Of a stretch of DNA of 46,225 nucleotides, positions 9,488-19,292 are shown in pieces. The position numbers were made by a program, and so were the translations under genes. The notes beneath the pieces are model-generated. The model had not been told where the DNA came from and searched no databases. It saw only the letters and a program-made list of their open reading frames with translations. Positions within the stretch are counted from its first letter, which is position 1, and the number at the start of each line of letters is the position of its first letter. This DNA comes from Methanotrichaceae archaeon. GTDB lineage: Archaea > Halobacteriota > Methanosarcinia > Methanotrichales > Methanotrichaceae. The stretch lies in contig CAVWIG010000030.1 of NCBI GenBank assembly GCA_963754945.1, forward strand, positions 1 through 46,225, read 5' to 3'.

Positions 9488-10138
9488 ATTAAAAGTAGAA
9501 TTGTATTTATTCTTGTTCTTTCGATTATTGTCTCAACTGTGGCTGCCCTTGAGCCGCAAGAGATAGGATGGGGGAGAAGTAGTGCGGTTGTAAACCTGGA
9601 TGCAGGACCAAATAACTCTGGTACAAAGCTGCACTTCGGAACAGAAGGATTTGCCGCTCCAGCCATTCCTCAGTTTGCTGAAGTATCTCCAGGAGCTATG
9701 GTTCATCAGTCGAAGATGTACAGGGACGAATCGAAGAAACTCTATAGCAATGCTCGTTCAATCCTGAACCAGACATCGGACCTGGAGAATTCTACAAGGC
9801 TGAGCTATGATAGAGTGGCCGCTCTATCGGCGATGGCTGAAGTGAGTGCCAACTCATCCATGAGCAATGTCTTGCAATGCAAAACTTACCTCAACAAGAC
9901 TGTGTCGGCATTGAATAAGACAATCGTGATGAACAACAGGACCGAAATGTTGGCAAGGGGATTAACCGAGATGGAGGCCGTTACCAGAGAATACGCCCAA
10001 GATGCGGCCAGGAGCGCTCGGGTCGCAAGAGTTCACCTCAATGATTCATGGTCCGAAAGAAACAATGTCTCAGTGCTTATGCATAGAGTAGACATCCTTG
10101 AAAAGAAAGTGGCCGAGCTAGAAGCACTGACACACTGA
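9488..10138 (+). CDS. Hypothetical secreted protein with helical/coiled-coil-like C-terminal half; possible ATT start
   Basis: ORF 9539..10138 extends in frame to ATT at 9488, adding a signal peptide (KSRIVFILVLSIIVSTVAA). Confidence 0.65.
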   Translation: MKSRIVFILVLSIIVSTVAALEPQEIGWGRSSAVVNLDAGPNNSGTKLHFGTEGFAAPAIPQFAEVSPGAMVHQSKMYRDESKKLYSNARSILNQTSDLENSTRLSYDRVAALSAMAEVSANSSMSNVLQCKTYLNKTVSALNKTIVMNNRTEMLARGLTEMEAVTREYAQDAARSARVARVHLNDSWSERNNVSVLMHRVDILEKKVAELEALTH

Positions 10139-10222
10139 ATAGACAGATGGCCCGGTAGGACGAGCCCCTTTGAGAGAGCTACGGGAGGAGCTATTGGTCC
10201 GCAGCTATTAACGTCTACAGCC

Positions 10223-10654
10223 TCATTTGATCCCGTAGAACACGTTAGGCGTAGAGGTGACGTTGTAGAAGGTTCTGGAAAGCCCTCCCGGGTATACGAC
10301 CGTGAACTTGGCCACTCTTCCTCCCAATGGCCGAGAATCGAACAGATAATAACCGCTACTATTTTTGCCTGCGCCTTTGACCAGCAAAGCAGCACTATCG
10401 GGATCTGCCCTTATAGTTTTCGCATCTCCGTAGCTTTTTAAAAAGGATTCTAGGTCAGGTTCTATGTATCCAGCACCCAAGGCCAAGACGTACAGCTTGG
10501 CGAATGAGTCAAGGGTGTAGTTGAGCTCGAAGAGGGCATCTCCACCGGTCAGGGTCATGGTGATGTCGTTCACCTCGAAATACACCTCCCCGGGCACACA
10601 GGAGACAAGCATAGCGATAGCCAGGATAGCCAAGATAGCAAGGGCAAGGCGCAT
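10223..10654 (-). CDS. Hypothetical exported protein (possible lipoprotein)
   Basis: Signal peptide MRLALAILAILAIAMLVSC; 4-nt gap to the upstream DUF2116 gene. Confidence 0.75.
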   Translation of the reverse strand: MRLALAILAILAIAMLVSCVPGEVYFEVNDITMTLTGGDALFELNYTLDSFAKLYVLALGAGYIEPDLESFLKSYGDAKTIRADPDSAALLVKGAGKNSSGYYLFDSRPLGGRVAKFTVVYPGGLSRTFYNVTSTPNVFYGIK

Positions 10655-10658
10655 AGTT

Positions 10659-10868
10659 TCACCACTTCATGTTCAGTAATGTGGGTAGAATTAGTATCCC
10701 CAAAAAAATGGCCACAAAGATTAAAAAAATAAGCTGCTGGCGCCTTTGGGCTGATTTGAACTTGGACTCGCACAGCTCATCGCAAAAGCTTTCCTCCCTG
10801 CTTACCGCATTGCTGCAGACAAGGCAGTGCTTATGAGGCGTCACATTGGCTGTTTTATCACCTATCAT
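10659..10868 (-). CDS. DUF2116-like Zn-ribbon membrane protein
   Basis: PHKHCLVC...FCDELC followed by a C-terminal TM helix. Confidence 0.8.
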   Translation of the reverse strand: MIGDKTANVTPHKHCLVCSNAVSREESFCDELCESKFKSAQRRQQLIFLIFVAIFLGILILPTLLNMKW

Positions 10869-11211
10869 TTTCCTAAGGATTAATGGGGCTTGCTATAATA
10901 AAGGTTTGCAGGCAGCAGGTTGCAGCTAAGACAGCTTTTGCATAGCCTTTGGTCACTTTGTCGTCGAGGCTAAGTAAGTGCATTGCTTACTGATTTGCGG
11001 CATCGTAAACCTTTGTGCAATTGTATCGAACTTCGAAGAAATTGTATTGACTTTTGAAGATCGAATACGGAATCATATTTGTTAGGGCTCTCAATCGACA
11101 TATACATGCAAAATTAGATTACTTCATAAATAATATTTTCTAGTTGATCTAACATATTGGGATATGTATAACCTAGACAGTTTCACAACGGTCAAATTTT
11201 GAGGTTTATTT

Positions 11212-11231
11212 TTCCACTGGAAATAAAGGGG
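11212..11231 (+). promoter_or_regulatory. ORB-like origin recognition box with G-string (candidate oriC element)
   Basis: TTCCACTGGAAATAAAGGGG fits the archaeal ORB pattern TTCCAxTGGAAA...GGGG. It lies in a 469-bp AT-rich intergenic region near cdc6. Confidence 0.55.
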
Positions 11232-11337
11232 TTCGATTAGATGAATCAAGGTCTAGGTTAACGGCAGCTTTCAGGCCTGGGCCAGACTTCGCGGGGATTG
11301 GATTAACTATAAAAAGGTGCCGTACTAGGGTAGGAGC

Positions 11338-13212
11338 ATGCCAAAATTGCCGATAGCCATCTGCATTATACTGGTTCTTTGCCTCTGGCCTGTTGGAGCA
11401 AGAACCTGGATAGTTGGAAACGATGCTTTAGCTACTCATAAAAGCATTGGAGAAGCCGTTTCCGCTGCTTCTGCAGGCGACACCGTCTACATGAAGTCCG
11501 GCGTTTACAACGAAGATGTAACAATAAACAAGAAGATTGCCATCAAGCCATTGACCGGGGAGAGGGGGACAATTCTACTCGATGGTAGCAACAAAGAGAC
11601 AGGAATTACATTAGCCGCTTCAGGCTGCTCCATTGAGGGGCTTACTTTTAAGAACTTCTCAAAAGCTGGGATCATGATTCAGTCAAACGACAATACAATC
11701 AAAAATAACCAATTCATCAGCGATAAACCAGGCTTAATGATTCAGGGCTCGTCCAATAACATTATAGAGGGAAACTCTATGAGGGACTGTGTAACTGGAG
11801 TTGTTCTATGGCGAGGTGCGAGCCACAATAAGATATCGAATAACAACATTGAAGGCGGCATAGCGTCGATTACCCTCAAGGGCGCTGGAGAGAACGTCGT
11901 GAACAACAACGCACTATCCAACAGTGGAGCTGGGGTGGCGCTGGAGAATTCATCTGCTGTTGCAGTATCTAGAAACATCATTAAAAGCGGCACAAATGGC
12001 ATTATTATTTACAACAGCAGCGATTGTAACCTATCAGATAACATCGAGTGGGGTAATAAGCGTGCTGTGTACGTCTTGAACACGACCAGAACAGAGCTTT
12101 ACAATGAAAGCATAAAAGACGGTATACTAGGCATAATGATTGAGAATTCAAACTATAATATCATCAGAGGATGTACTCTCGATAACACAACAGAGGCATT
12201 GAGCCTAGGAGCGAGCCTAAGGAATGCTGTCACCAACAACTCTATCCTAAACACAAAGGATTTGGCGATCGAGATCGTTTACTCAAGTGGAAACGCTCTG
12301 GCGGGAAATCGCATCAATCATGCGGATACGGGTATAAACATCACAGAATCGTCCGGCAACAGGCTGGAGAACAATAAACTTAACGATGTAAAGCTTGGTA
12401 TGATAGTCTTGGGTGGCGATAGGCAGAGCTTTGACAATGCTATAGACGAGTCTAACACCGAGGACGGCAAGCCCATAGCGTACTTCTTTGGCCAGTCGAA
12501 CAAGGTGGTCCGGGATAGAAAGCTATCTCATTTGACTCTGGCTTACTGCAACAACTTCACAGTGGAGAACAGCACAATCTCCAATGACGCCCTGCTCCTC
12601 TTTAGCTCGAAGTCGAGCAAGATCCTGGGGAACAACGTTTCGAAGTGTCACGGGATGGTTCTACAGGATTCGATCTCAAATGAGATTTCCAAAAATGTAG
12701 TGATCGGCAACAGTTTCAGCGGTATATTCCTCTTCGATTCTGGTTCCAATACCATCCGCGAGAACGTGATTTCTAAGAACCATCAGAATGGCATATCCCT
12801 GCGCAACTCCAGCAACAACACCGTTCGAGGCAACACCGTTGATCGGAATTCCCAGACGGGAATTTGGCTGAATGGATCAAACGAGAACGAGATCTTCGAG
12901 GATACAGTCTCGAACAATCCCACCGGTGTCCTCCTGGTCAACTCCAGGAACAATCAGGTCTATCACAACAACTTCCTGAACAACACCCAGCAGGCTGAGG
13001 ATAGGAACGGAATGAACAAATGGGACATGGGCAACAGAACTGGAGGGAACTACTGGTCAGACCTAAAGGTTGTGGGCAACCCGAGCAACGGAGCGGCTAA
13101 GGTGATCAAAGGCTCCAAGACCAACGACAACAGCCCTTACCAGAACGAAAACGGCTGGATCTCGTCAGGTTCAGCCGTTAAAGCTGCCACCGGGCAATCA
13201 AACAAGTCGTAG
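11338..13212 (+). CDS. Secreted NosD/CASH parallel beta-helix repeat cell-surface protein
   Basis: Signal peptide, many Asn-rich S.NN.I..N repeats, C-terminal GGNYWSD. Confidence 0.9.
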   Translation: MPKLPIAICIILVLCLWPVGARTWIVGNDALATHKSIGEAVSAASAGDTVYMKSGVYNEDVTINKKIAIKPLTGERGTILLDGSNKETGITLAASGCSIEGLTFKNFSKAGIMIQSNDNTIKNNQFISDKPGLMIQGSSNNIIEGNSMRDCVTGVVLWRGASHNKISNNNIEGGIASITLKGAGENVVNNNALSNSGAGVALENSSAVAVSRNIIKSGTNGIIIYNSSDCNLSDNIEWGNKRAVYVLNTTRTELYNESIKDGILGIMIENSNYNIIRGCTLDNTTEALSLGASLRNAVTNNSILNTKDLAIEIVYSSGNALAGNRINHADTGINITESSGNRLENNKLNDVKLGMIVLGGDRQSFDNAIDESNTEDGKPIAYFFGQSNKVVRDRKLSHLTLAYCNNFTVENSTISNDALLLFSSKSSKILGNNVSKCHGMVLQDSISNEISKNVVIGNSFSGIFLFDSGSNTIRENVISKNHQNGISLRNSSNNTVRGNTVDRNSQTGIWLNGSNENEIFEDTVSNNPTGVLLVNSRNNQVYHNNFLNNTQQAEDRNGMNKWDMGNRTGGNYWSDLKVVGNPSNGAAKVIKGSKTNDNSPYQNENGWISSGSAVKAATGQSNKS

Positions 13213-13364
13213 CCCGTGGTACGTTAACTTTTTTGGATCAATTAAACGGTCGTTTCGATACGCCAAGAAATCTTCTGACCGGGGCTGCTCATAGCCTGAT
13301 CGACCAAGAGATCAAGTCAATGATCAGAAGCGGACACCCACACGTACGTCGAAGACATCTTTGA

Positions 13365-15094
13365 CCTAACCTCCCGAAAAGTTCAAGCGCACAAGTTTAG
13401 CGCCTGAAGTATTTGTCTCTGTTTTTTTGTCATTTCGGTGACTAATATCTGTCCATCTGCCAAAGTAATTTTTCTTAATTTCTCCAATTGCAGAAGCATA
13501 AGTTCAACAGAATATTTATCTAGTATGCCTGCTTCCCTCATCATGTTCATCAACCTCGTCCTTATGACTAGACTCAGGAAAGCAATGAAAATGAATCCTC
13601 TTGTCGTATTTTCGCCGTGGGTATTCAATGGAAGGATGTCAATTTCATTTTTCAAAGCCTTGAAGCTCTGTTCAATTTCTTCGCGTTCCCGATAAAGGGA
13701 AAGGCATTTCATCCATTCGAAGTCCCCGGAGTAGAACAGTATGTACTTGCCCATTTTATTCATTCTTTGAGTGACTGCGTTTTGTTTAATCGCAACATCA
13801 AAGCGATTATCTGTTACATACCATTCAAAGAAGTTTCCAAATCCTTGCGCTTTCTCTTTGAAAACTACTTGTGGATTGCTATTCGCCTTAAGGCGCACCT
13901 TGAGCAACTCTTCGCGAACATCGTACAACCTGCTTAGAAGGGTCTGCTTCTCGGTTTGTTCGAGTTTGGGATCATAATACACATACCCGTGGACTTCAAT
14001 GGAGTCAATATTATATGTGATTGGTTTGGCAAAAATTGGGTCATTGTTAAACTTATGGAGATATTTTACGTCATCGATATCCTTTTGTGCTTCAGTCATC
14101 AGCTGCTTAAGATCATTTAACTGCAACTTAGCAGCCATGATAAACGAAATATTATCGCCCATCAACTCCCGGAGATTGCTCAGGCTGAAGAATCCTCGAT
14201 CCATTACTGCAATATAGTCCTGGATACCATGAGCTTTGATCTTTTTCAGAGTGCCGGATAGGGTACTGACATCAGAAATACTGCCCGGGAAGATGTCATA
14301 CATCACGGGGATCCCTCGGTCCTTATCCAGAATTAAGGATAGATTGATTTGAGGAAGCGATTCCCCATCACGATTATACCCATACTCGAGAAGATTGATG
14401 AGTTGTGAGTAGCTTGACAGGCTAGTAATATCGTAAATGAGGGCGTTTTTCGTGCCAGTTCCTTCGATAAGCCGGGACATGAACCGTTCCGGGATATTGC
14501 TTTCACCCAGTCGGCAGAGAAGCTCACTCACTCGCTGGCTGGCGAGATTGATTTGCGGAGATTCGAGAGCAAGAGATGTCCCTTCGTACCACGAATCGAC
14601 ATTCTTCATTGCCGTAGGTCGTATGATCCGGTTGAAGGCCAATGCTCGAACCATGGACGCCTCCGAAGGGGGCAACAAATCCTCAAGATAGCGATCTAGA
14701 TGGAGATCATCCGTAATCGACTGGAGAACGAATATAGAACCATAATCAAACGACGACTTGACTGTCGCCGTTTTCTTTTTCGTCTTCTCTTTGACCTCAC
14801 TAGGGGCTGAACGCATCCGGACTGGCTGGCCTTCTACATTTCTGCCTAAATATTTTGATTTGTGTCGGATCTGTTTCTTCTCCTTGTCATAATAAGGTGT
14901 CTCTTCGTACCAATATTCGATCCCATTTTTCACTTTGATTCTTCTAGTGGGTTTCATATGTGCCTCGATATAAGTAGGCGCATAAACTATAAAAACCTTT
15001 CGGCATGCAAGGCTAATCAGGGGTGTTTTCAAAAATAAAGGGCTTAAATTTGAGATCGACCAAGTAGTGCTCCTACTTGATCCGGGAGGTTAGG
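13365..15094 (-). mobile_element. IS1634-family insertion sequence
   Basis: 12-bp terminal inverted repeats CCTAACCTCCCG (13365-13376 / 15083-15094); 6-bp direct repeat CTTTGA at 13359-13364 and 15095-15100. Confidence 0.9.
13383..14957 (-). CDS. IS1634-family DDE transposase
   Basis: IYDITS, YGYNRD, VMDRGFFS and YREREEIEQSFKALK motifs; intact frame. Confidence 0.9.
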   Translation of the reverse strand: MKPTRRIKVKNGIEYWYEETPYYDKEKKQIRHKSKYLGRNVEGQPVRMRSAPSEVKEKTKKKTATVKSSFDYGSIFVLQSITDDLHLDRYLEDLLPPSEASMVRALAFNRIIRPTAMKNVDSWYEGTSLALESPQINLASQRVSELLCRLGESNIPERFMSRLIEGTGTKNALIYDITSLSSYSQLINLLEYGYNRDGESLPQINLSLILDKDRGIPVMYDIFPGSISDVSTLSGTLKKIKAHGIQDYIAVMDRGFFSLSNLRELMGDNISFIMAAKLQLNDLKQLMTEAQKDIDDVKYLHKFNNDPIFAKPITYNIDSIEVHGYVYYDPKLEQTEKQTLLSRLYDVREELLKVRLKANSNPQVVFKEKAQGFGNFFEWYVTDNRFDVAIKQNAVTQRMNKMGKYILFYSGDFEWMKCLSLYREREEIEQSFKALKNEIDILPLNTHGENTTRGFIFIAFLSLVIRTRLMNMMREAGILDKYSVELMLLQLEKLRKITLADGQILVTEMTKKQRQILQALNLCA

Positions 15095-15273
15095 CTTTGA
15101 GAGACTATTACGAAGTACCAGTCAAACGTTGCGTCGGCGGACCCCGCTGCAAGCTGCGGGGTATTCATCTTTAAAAAAATGGAAAGCAAAGGCTTTGGCA
15201 GTCTAGCTCTGCAAAATCCTATTTTGCTCCCTGAGTAACGGCCATCCATCGAATACTGAGAAAGCAGTACAGA

Positions 15274-16389
15274 TTAGCCGCCTATTCGCTTGAGGATCTC
15301 CTCAGGTTCGTAGCGGATCTTGATTACCCGGCTTCGTCCTCGAGTTCCGGAGCCGCTGAAGTCGGTGTTGATCAGCCTAACGGCGTCCAGCTTGTTTAGG
15401 ATCTCGTGGAACCGAGTGTAGCCGATCCCTGTTTCTTGCTGAAATTGCTCGTAAAGCTCTCCGGCCCGAGATGTCCCGCGCTCTGCAGCCAGCCGGAGGA
15501 CCTTCTGCTCGTCCTCCTTCAGGGACTTCAAGGCATAGGTGAGATGGACCAGCCTGGATTTCTCATAAGAGCTCTCCACGTCCTCTTTGGAGATGGACTT
15601 GGAGGCTCGCTTCTCTGCAGAAAGAGCGGCCCTCCGCAGCAGGTCTATGCCCACCCGCAGATCTCCGGACTTATCAGTGTAGTCCGCGATCATCTCCATT
15701 ACCGGGTCGGAGATCACTCCGGGATAAAAGCCGAGCTGTGCTCTGCGGTTCAGGATGTCCCCGATCTCCGCTCTGGTGTACAGCGGAAAGGCGATCTCCT
15801 CTGCCTGAAAGACTGAGGCAACTCGTGGATCGAATACGTAGTTTAGGGCAGGCTCGCTCAGGACTGCAATGACGCCCATCCTGGCACCCGGACAGGTCTC
15901 ATGAGCCCGGAGGATGGAGTAAAGGACGTGGTCCACCTCTTTCTCGTGGAACAAGTAGTTGAAATCGTCGAGGGCCACCACCAGGACGATGCCCTCGTCC
16001 GCTGAATGCCTTGCAACCTTCTCGAAGATCCGCTTGAAGGATATACCGCTCGAAGGAGGAGCATGCTCGAAGAGCTTCTTGTAGAGCTGATAGAACACAG
16101 CGTACTTTGTGTAGTCCATCTGGCAGTTGATGTGAACGGGAACGACCTTGGAAGAATGCGCTTCGATCTCCTCGAAGAGCTTGAGGATGGTCGTGGTCTT
16201 GCCGGTTCCTGGAGGCCCAAGGCATAGAGCATTCACTGGCCGAGCTCCCTGGAAAGCAGGTTTCACGCAGAACTTGAGGCTGTTCATCTGGGATTCCCGG
16301 TGATCGAAATGCTCCGGAACGTAGTCAAGCTCAAAGAGGTCCCTGTTCTTGAACAGCGTCTCCTCCCATAGGAGCATATCTGGCTTCAT
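15274..16389 (-). CDS. cdc6: Orc1/Cdc6 replication initiator
   Basis: Walker A GPPGTGKT, INC motif, GDLRVGIDLL sensor, C-terminal winged helix with GTRGRSR. Alternative GTG start at 16410. Confidence 0.92.
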   Translation of the reverse strand: MKPDMLLWEETLFKNRDLFELDYVPEHFDHRESQMNSLKFCVKPAFQGARPVNALCLGPPGTGKTTTILKLFEEIEAHSSKVVPVHINCQMDYTKYAVFYQLYKKLFEHAPPSSGISFKRIFEKVARHSADEGIVLVVALDDFNYLFHEKEVDHVLYSILRAHETCPGARMGVIAVLSEPALNYVFDPRVASVFQAEEIAFPLYTRAEIGDILNRRAQLGFYPGVISDPVMEMIADYTDKSGDLRVGIDLLRRAALSAEKRASKSISKEDVESSYEKSRLVHLTYALKSLKEDEQKVLRLAAERGTSRAGELYEQFQQETGIGYTRFHEILNKLDAVRLINTDFSGSGTRGRSRVIKIRYEPEEILKRIGG

Positions 16390-16406
16390 GCCAACTCCGA
16401 AATCTT

Positions 16407-18311
16407 TCACTGGTTCAGTATATTTTGTATTTCCTTCTTCAATATGGCGCTCACCAGCGCTCCATCTGCCTTTCCCCTCAGCTCTTTCATAACAAGGCCC
16501 ATCAGAGGGGCTATTGCTCGCTCGCCCTTCGATCTGACAAGGTCAGCCTTTCCGGAAACTACATTGTGGACAACATCTTCCACGCTCGATGTGCCCACGC
16601 CTGTGAGACCTGCACCTAAAGCGGCATCCGCTGCACGTAGCTCAGGGTGCTGGGCCAATGCCCGTAGAAGATCTATCAGGCCTTCCTTGGCCACTTTGCC
16701 CTCAGAGACCAGTGCAAAGCTGTCCAAGTAGTGCTGATCGGTCAGGTTGGCCACCGGCACACCCTCTCTGGAAAGCTCGATTGGAACAGTCTCAAGAGCC
16801 CTGACCACGATGGACGGAGCCAGATTATACTGCCTCTGAATCTCTTCGAAGAGCTGATAATTGGGGGACGAAGCCATCACCTTGGACAGCTCCTGGTTCA
16901 GCCCGTAATCGCGCTCGAACCGTGCGGCCCTTTCTGCGAATAACTCAGGCAGGACAAGCTTGTTCAGAATTTGATCATCAATAACGACAGAGGGTACGTC
17001 CGTTTCCGGGTACATTCTTGCAGATCCGGGCAGCGGCCTCATGTACTCCGAAGCTCCGTCCGGCAGCGCTCTGCGCGTCTCCTCCGGAACGCCAGCCAAT
17101 GCATCCCTGGCACGGGCCGCCACGCCTTGCAGGGCCTTCTGTGCCCGATCCATCGGGGCGGTCACCAAGACAACGCAGTCATCGTCCTCCGCGTTCAGCA
17201 GGCTGCGCACAGCCGCTACTTCCTCCGTGGTTATGCCGTAGGCAGGAAGCTCATCGGTGTGGAAGATGCCTCCAACACCAGCCCGCTTGGCCCTGTCCGA
17301 AAGCTCTGTGCCCAGACGCCTTCCCGGCTGGACCTCTTTTCCTACAAGACCGTCGAACCCCTTGAGCATGCAGGCCAGAACCACGCCGTCATTCTTCATC
17401 GAGCTCTTCACAACCTTTGATTCTGTGGAGCTAAAGAGCTGGGTGACGTCGGTTATCTGGCAGTTCGCGCTTGCCTTTCGGCGCTGCAGCTCATCCCTGA
17501 TATCCAGCAGCCTGACTTGCCTAAACACCTCTAGCTCGACGATCTTGTCTATGAGGTTCAGGTCCTGGACTCCTTTGACCTCAACCCTTGATCCGCCCTT
17601 TATTGAGACGTTTACGTCCTGGCGAATGGTGCCTAGACCCCTCTTTACCCGTCCTGTGGAGCGCAGGATCATTCCCAGGATCTGAGCCGACTCTCGGGCA
17701 TGGGCAGGAGAGACAATATCGGGGGCCGTGCCTATCTCCACCAGTGGTATGCCCAACCGGTCCAAGGAATAGACCAGTTCGTCTCCCCGATCCTCAATAA
17801 TACGCGCTGCCTCCTCCTCCAGGCACAAGACACCAATGCCTACCCTTCCGCTTGATGTCTCGATGTACCCGTCCGAGGCGACATAAGCCGTCCGCTGGAA
17901 CCCTGATGTGTTGGAGCCATCGATGACCGTCTTCCTCATGGTCTGGACTTCGTCCACAATCCTCATCTTCAGAAGCCTGGCTATGACCAGGGTGATCTCC
18001 AGGGCCTCGGGGTTTATCTCTCTAGGAGGTTCCTCATCCGCTTCAACCAGACATGTGGTATCGTAGGATTTGTAGAAGAACTTCCTCGTGACCAGAACCT
18101 CCTCCAGGGCTGCCCGGTCTATCTCGCCTAGCTCACTCCTTGACGGCCGGAGGTACCTGAAGAACTCGAAATCAGAGTCGTCCACCTCTCTGAGCTTGGT
18201 GGGGCATCCGCAAAAAAGCTTTGTTGCAGAGTCGAGCTGCTGATGAATCTCTATGCCGCACACAAGCCCGAGAGTTCGAAAATCAAACTCTTCACACTGA
18301 TTGGTTGGCAT
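16407..18311 (-). CDS. gatE: Glu-tRNA(Gln) amidotransferase subunit E
   Basis: GIEIHQQL, DGSNTSGFQRT, GLGTIRQDVNVSI and RMYPETD motifs. Confidence 0.97.
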   Translation of the reverse strand: MPTNQCEEFDFRTLGLVCGIEIHQQLDSATKLFCGCPTKLREVDDSDFEFFRYLRPSRSELGEIDRAALEEVLVTRKFFYKSYDTTCLVEADEEPPREINPEALEITLVIARLLKMRIVDEVQTMRKTVIDGSNTSGFQRTAYVASDGYIETSSGRVGIGVLCLEEEAARIIEDRGDELVYSLDRLGIPLVEIGTAPDIVSPAHARESAQILGMILRSTGRVKRGLGTIRQDVNVSIKGGSRVEVKGVQDLNLIDKIVELEVFRQVRLLDIRDELQRRKASANCQITDVTQLFSSTESKVVKSSMKNDGVVLACMLKGFDGLVGKEVQPGRRLGTELSDRAKRAGVGGIFHTDELPAYGITTEEVAAVRSLLNAEDDDCVVLVTAPMDRAQKALQGVAARARDALAGVPEETRRALPDGASEYMRPLPGSARMYPETDVPSVVIDDQILNKLVLPELFAERAARFERDYGLNQELSKVMASSPNYQLFEEIQRQYNLAPSIVVRALETVPIELSREGVPVANLTDQHYLDSFALVSEGKVAKEGLIDLLRALAQHPELRAADAALGAGLTGVGTSSVEDVVHNVVSGKADLVRSKGERAIAPLMGLVMKELRGKADGALVSAILKKEIQNILNQ

Positions 18312-18321
18312 CCCTTACCTA

Positions 18322-18543
18322 TCAGAGGCCGGGTGGTTTAACTCTTTTGACTGCCTCCTTGATGTCCTCTGCTTTGACGGTCTTTCTCTTTGCATGGTTG
18401 GCCCAGCCAACTGCCTCTTTGGCAACCTCTAGGCCGTAGCTCTCAAGGATCTCTGCAAGCGCATCCCTAGCGCCCTCACTAACCCGCTTGGCTCCAGCCT
18501 CACGAATGAGCCTGCTCACAGGGGCAACCGGAAGTATCGGCAT
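18322..18543 (-). CDS. Archaeal histone (HMf-like)
   Basis: LPVAPVSRLIREAGAKRVS...HAKRKTVKAEDI histone fold. Confidence 0.95.
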   Translation of the reverse strand: MPILPVAPVSRLIREAGAKRVSEGARDALAEILESYGLEVAKEAVGWANHAKRKTVKAEDIKEAVKRVKPPGL

Positions 18544-18876
18544 CTTATCTCACCTTATAAGCCGGATTTACAGCAGAAGAAGGATAGATAAAGACCTTCT
18601 CGATGTGCAAACCCAAATAACCAGTCTATCCTCCTATAATTCCATATATATATCTTTCGCAACGCATAAGCCTGAATTGTGACGACGATTACCTTGAAAC
18701 TACACAAATCAGCCATACCAATCCATAAGACGGTCCTATTCGGATATTTTCTGAATTTATCTCAGAAAATGGTCCAAACCCAGGTAGTCGCTCTTGCACT
18801 CGGGTCATCAATAGCAATAACCGATAGAGGAAACGTTATTAGGCTGCAGGAATACATAACGTGGAGAGGATCGACG

Positions 18877-19212
18877 ATGACGGAGTATAAATGCAAAGCG
18901 ATTATATACAAAGGACCGGAGGACGTCTATGGTCCGTGCGGGTGCGGCATGGACATGGCCATCCTCCCTGTGCTCCTGCCCAGCTCTTGGCTCATTGAGG
19001 AGAACCCGTGTGAAGTCGAAGAGCACGAGTTCGGAAAAGGTTTTGATTTCCGGCGAGTTTCGGGCATGAGCTGCAATCAGGTCTTTGAACACGAACAGAA
19101 CGGCACGAACTTCCTTGCTAACTTCTCGTGCTGTCGCGAGTGTGCCGAGCGTGCAGTAAAGCATGGATATGCAGTCTGGACCGAAAAAGAGTATCCCATG
19201 ACTCTGAGATGA
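18877..19212 (+). CDS. Hypothetical Cys-rich protein
   Basis: ATG after GGAGAGG; contains CGC and CCREC motifs. Confidence 0.7.
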   Translation: MTEYKCKAIIYKGPEDVYGPCGCGMDMAILPVLLPSSWLIEENPCEVEEHEFGKGFDFRRVSGMSCNQVFEHEQNGTNFLANFSCCRECAERAVKHGYAVWTEKEYPMTLR

Positions 19213-19292
19213 GTTGGATAGCGGGAAACGAATTAAGAATAACCGAAGGACTGCGCTGGTTAACGAGCTTTAAGAATCGGGAGGATCTGAAC

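Noticed and set aside
10605-10650. 9-bp tandem repeat as a contingency locus
   Set aside because: Three imperfect in-frame units encoding LAI in a signal peptide; explained by protein sequence.
18689-18705. Second ORB-like motif (TTACCTTGAAAC) upstream of the histone-gatE-cdc6 unit
   Set aside because: Spacing is off and there is no G-string; too weak to call.
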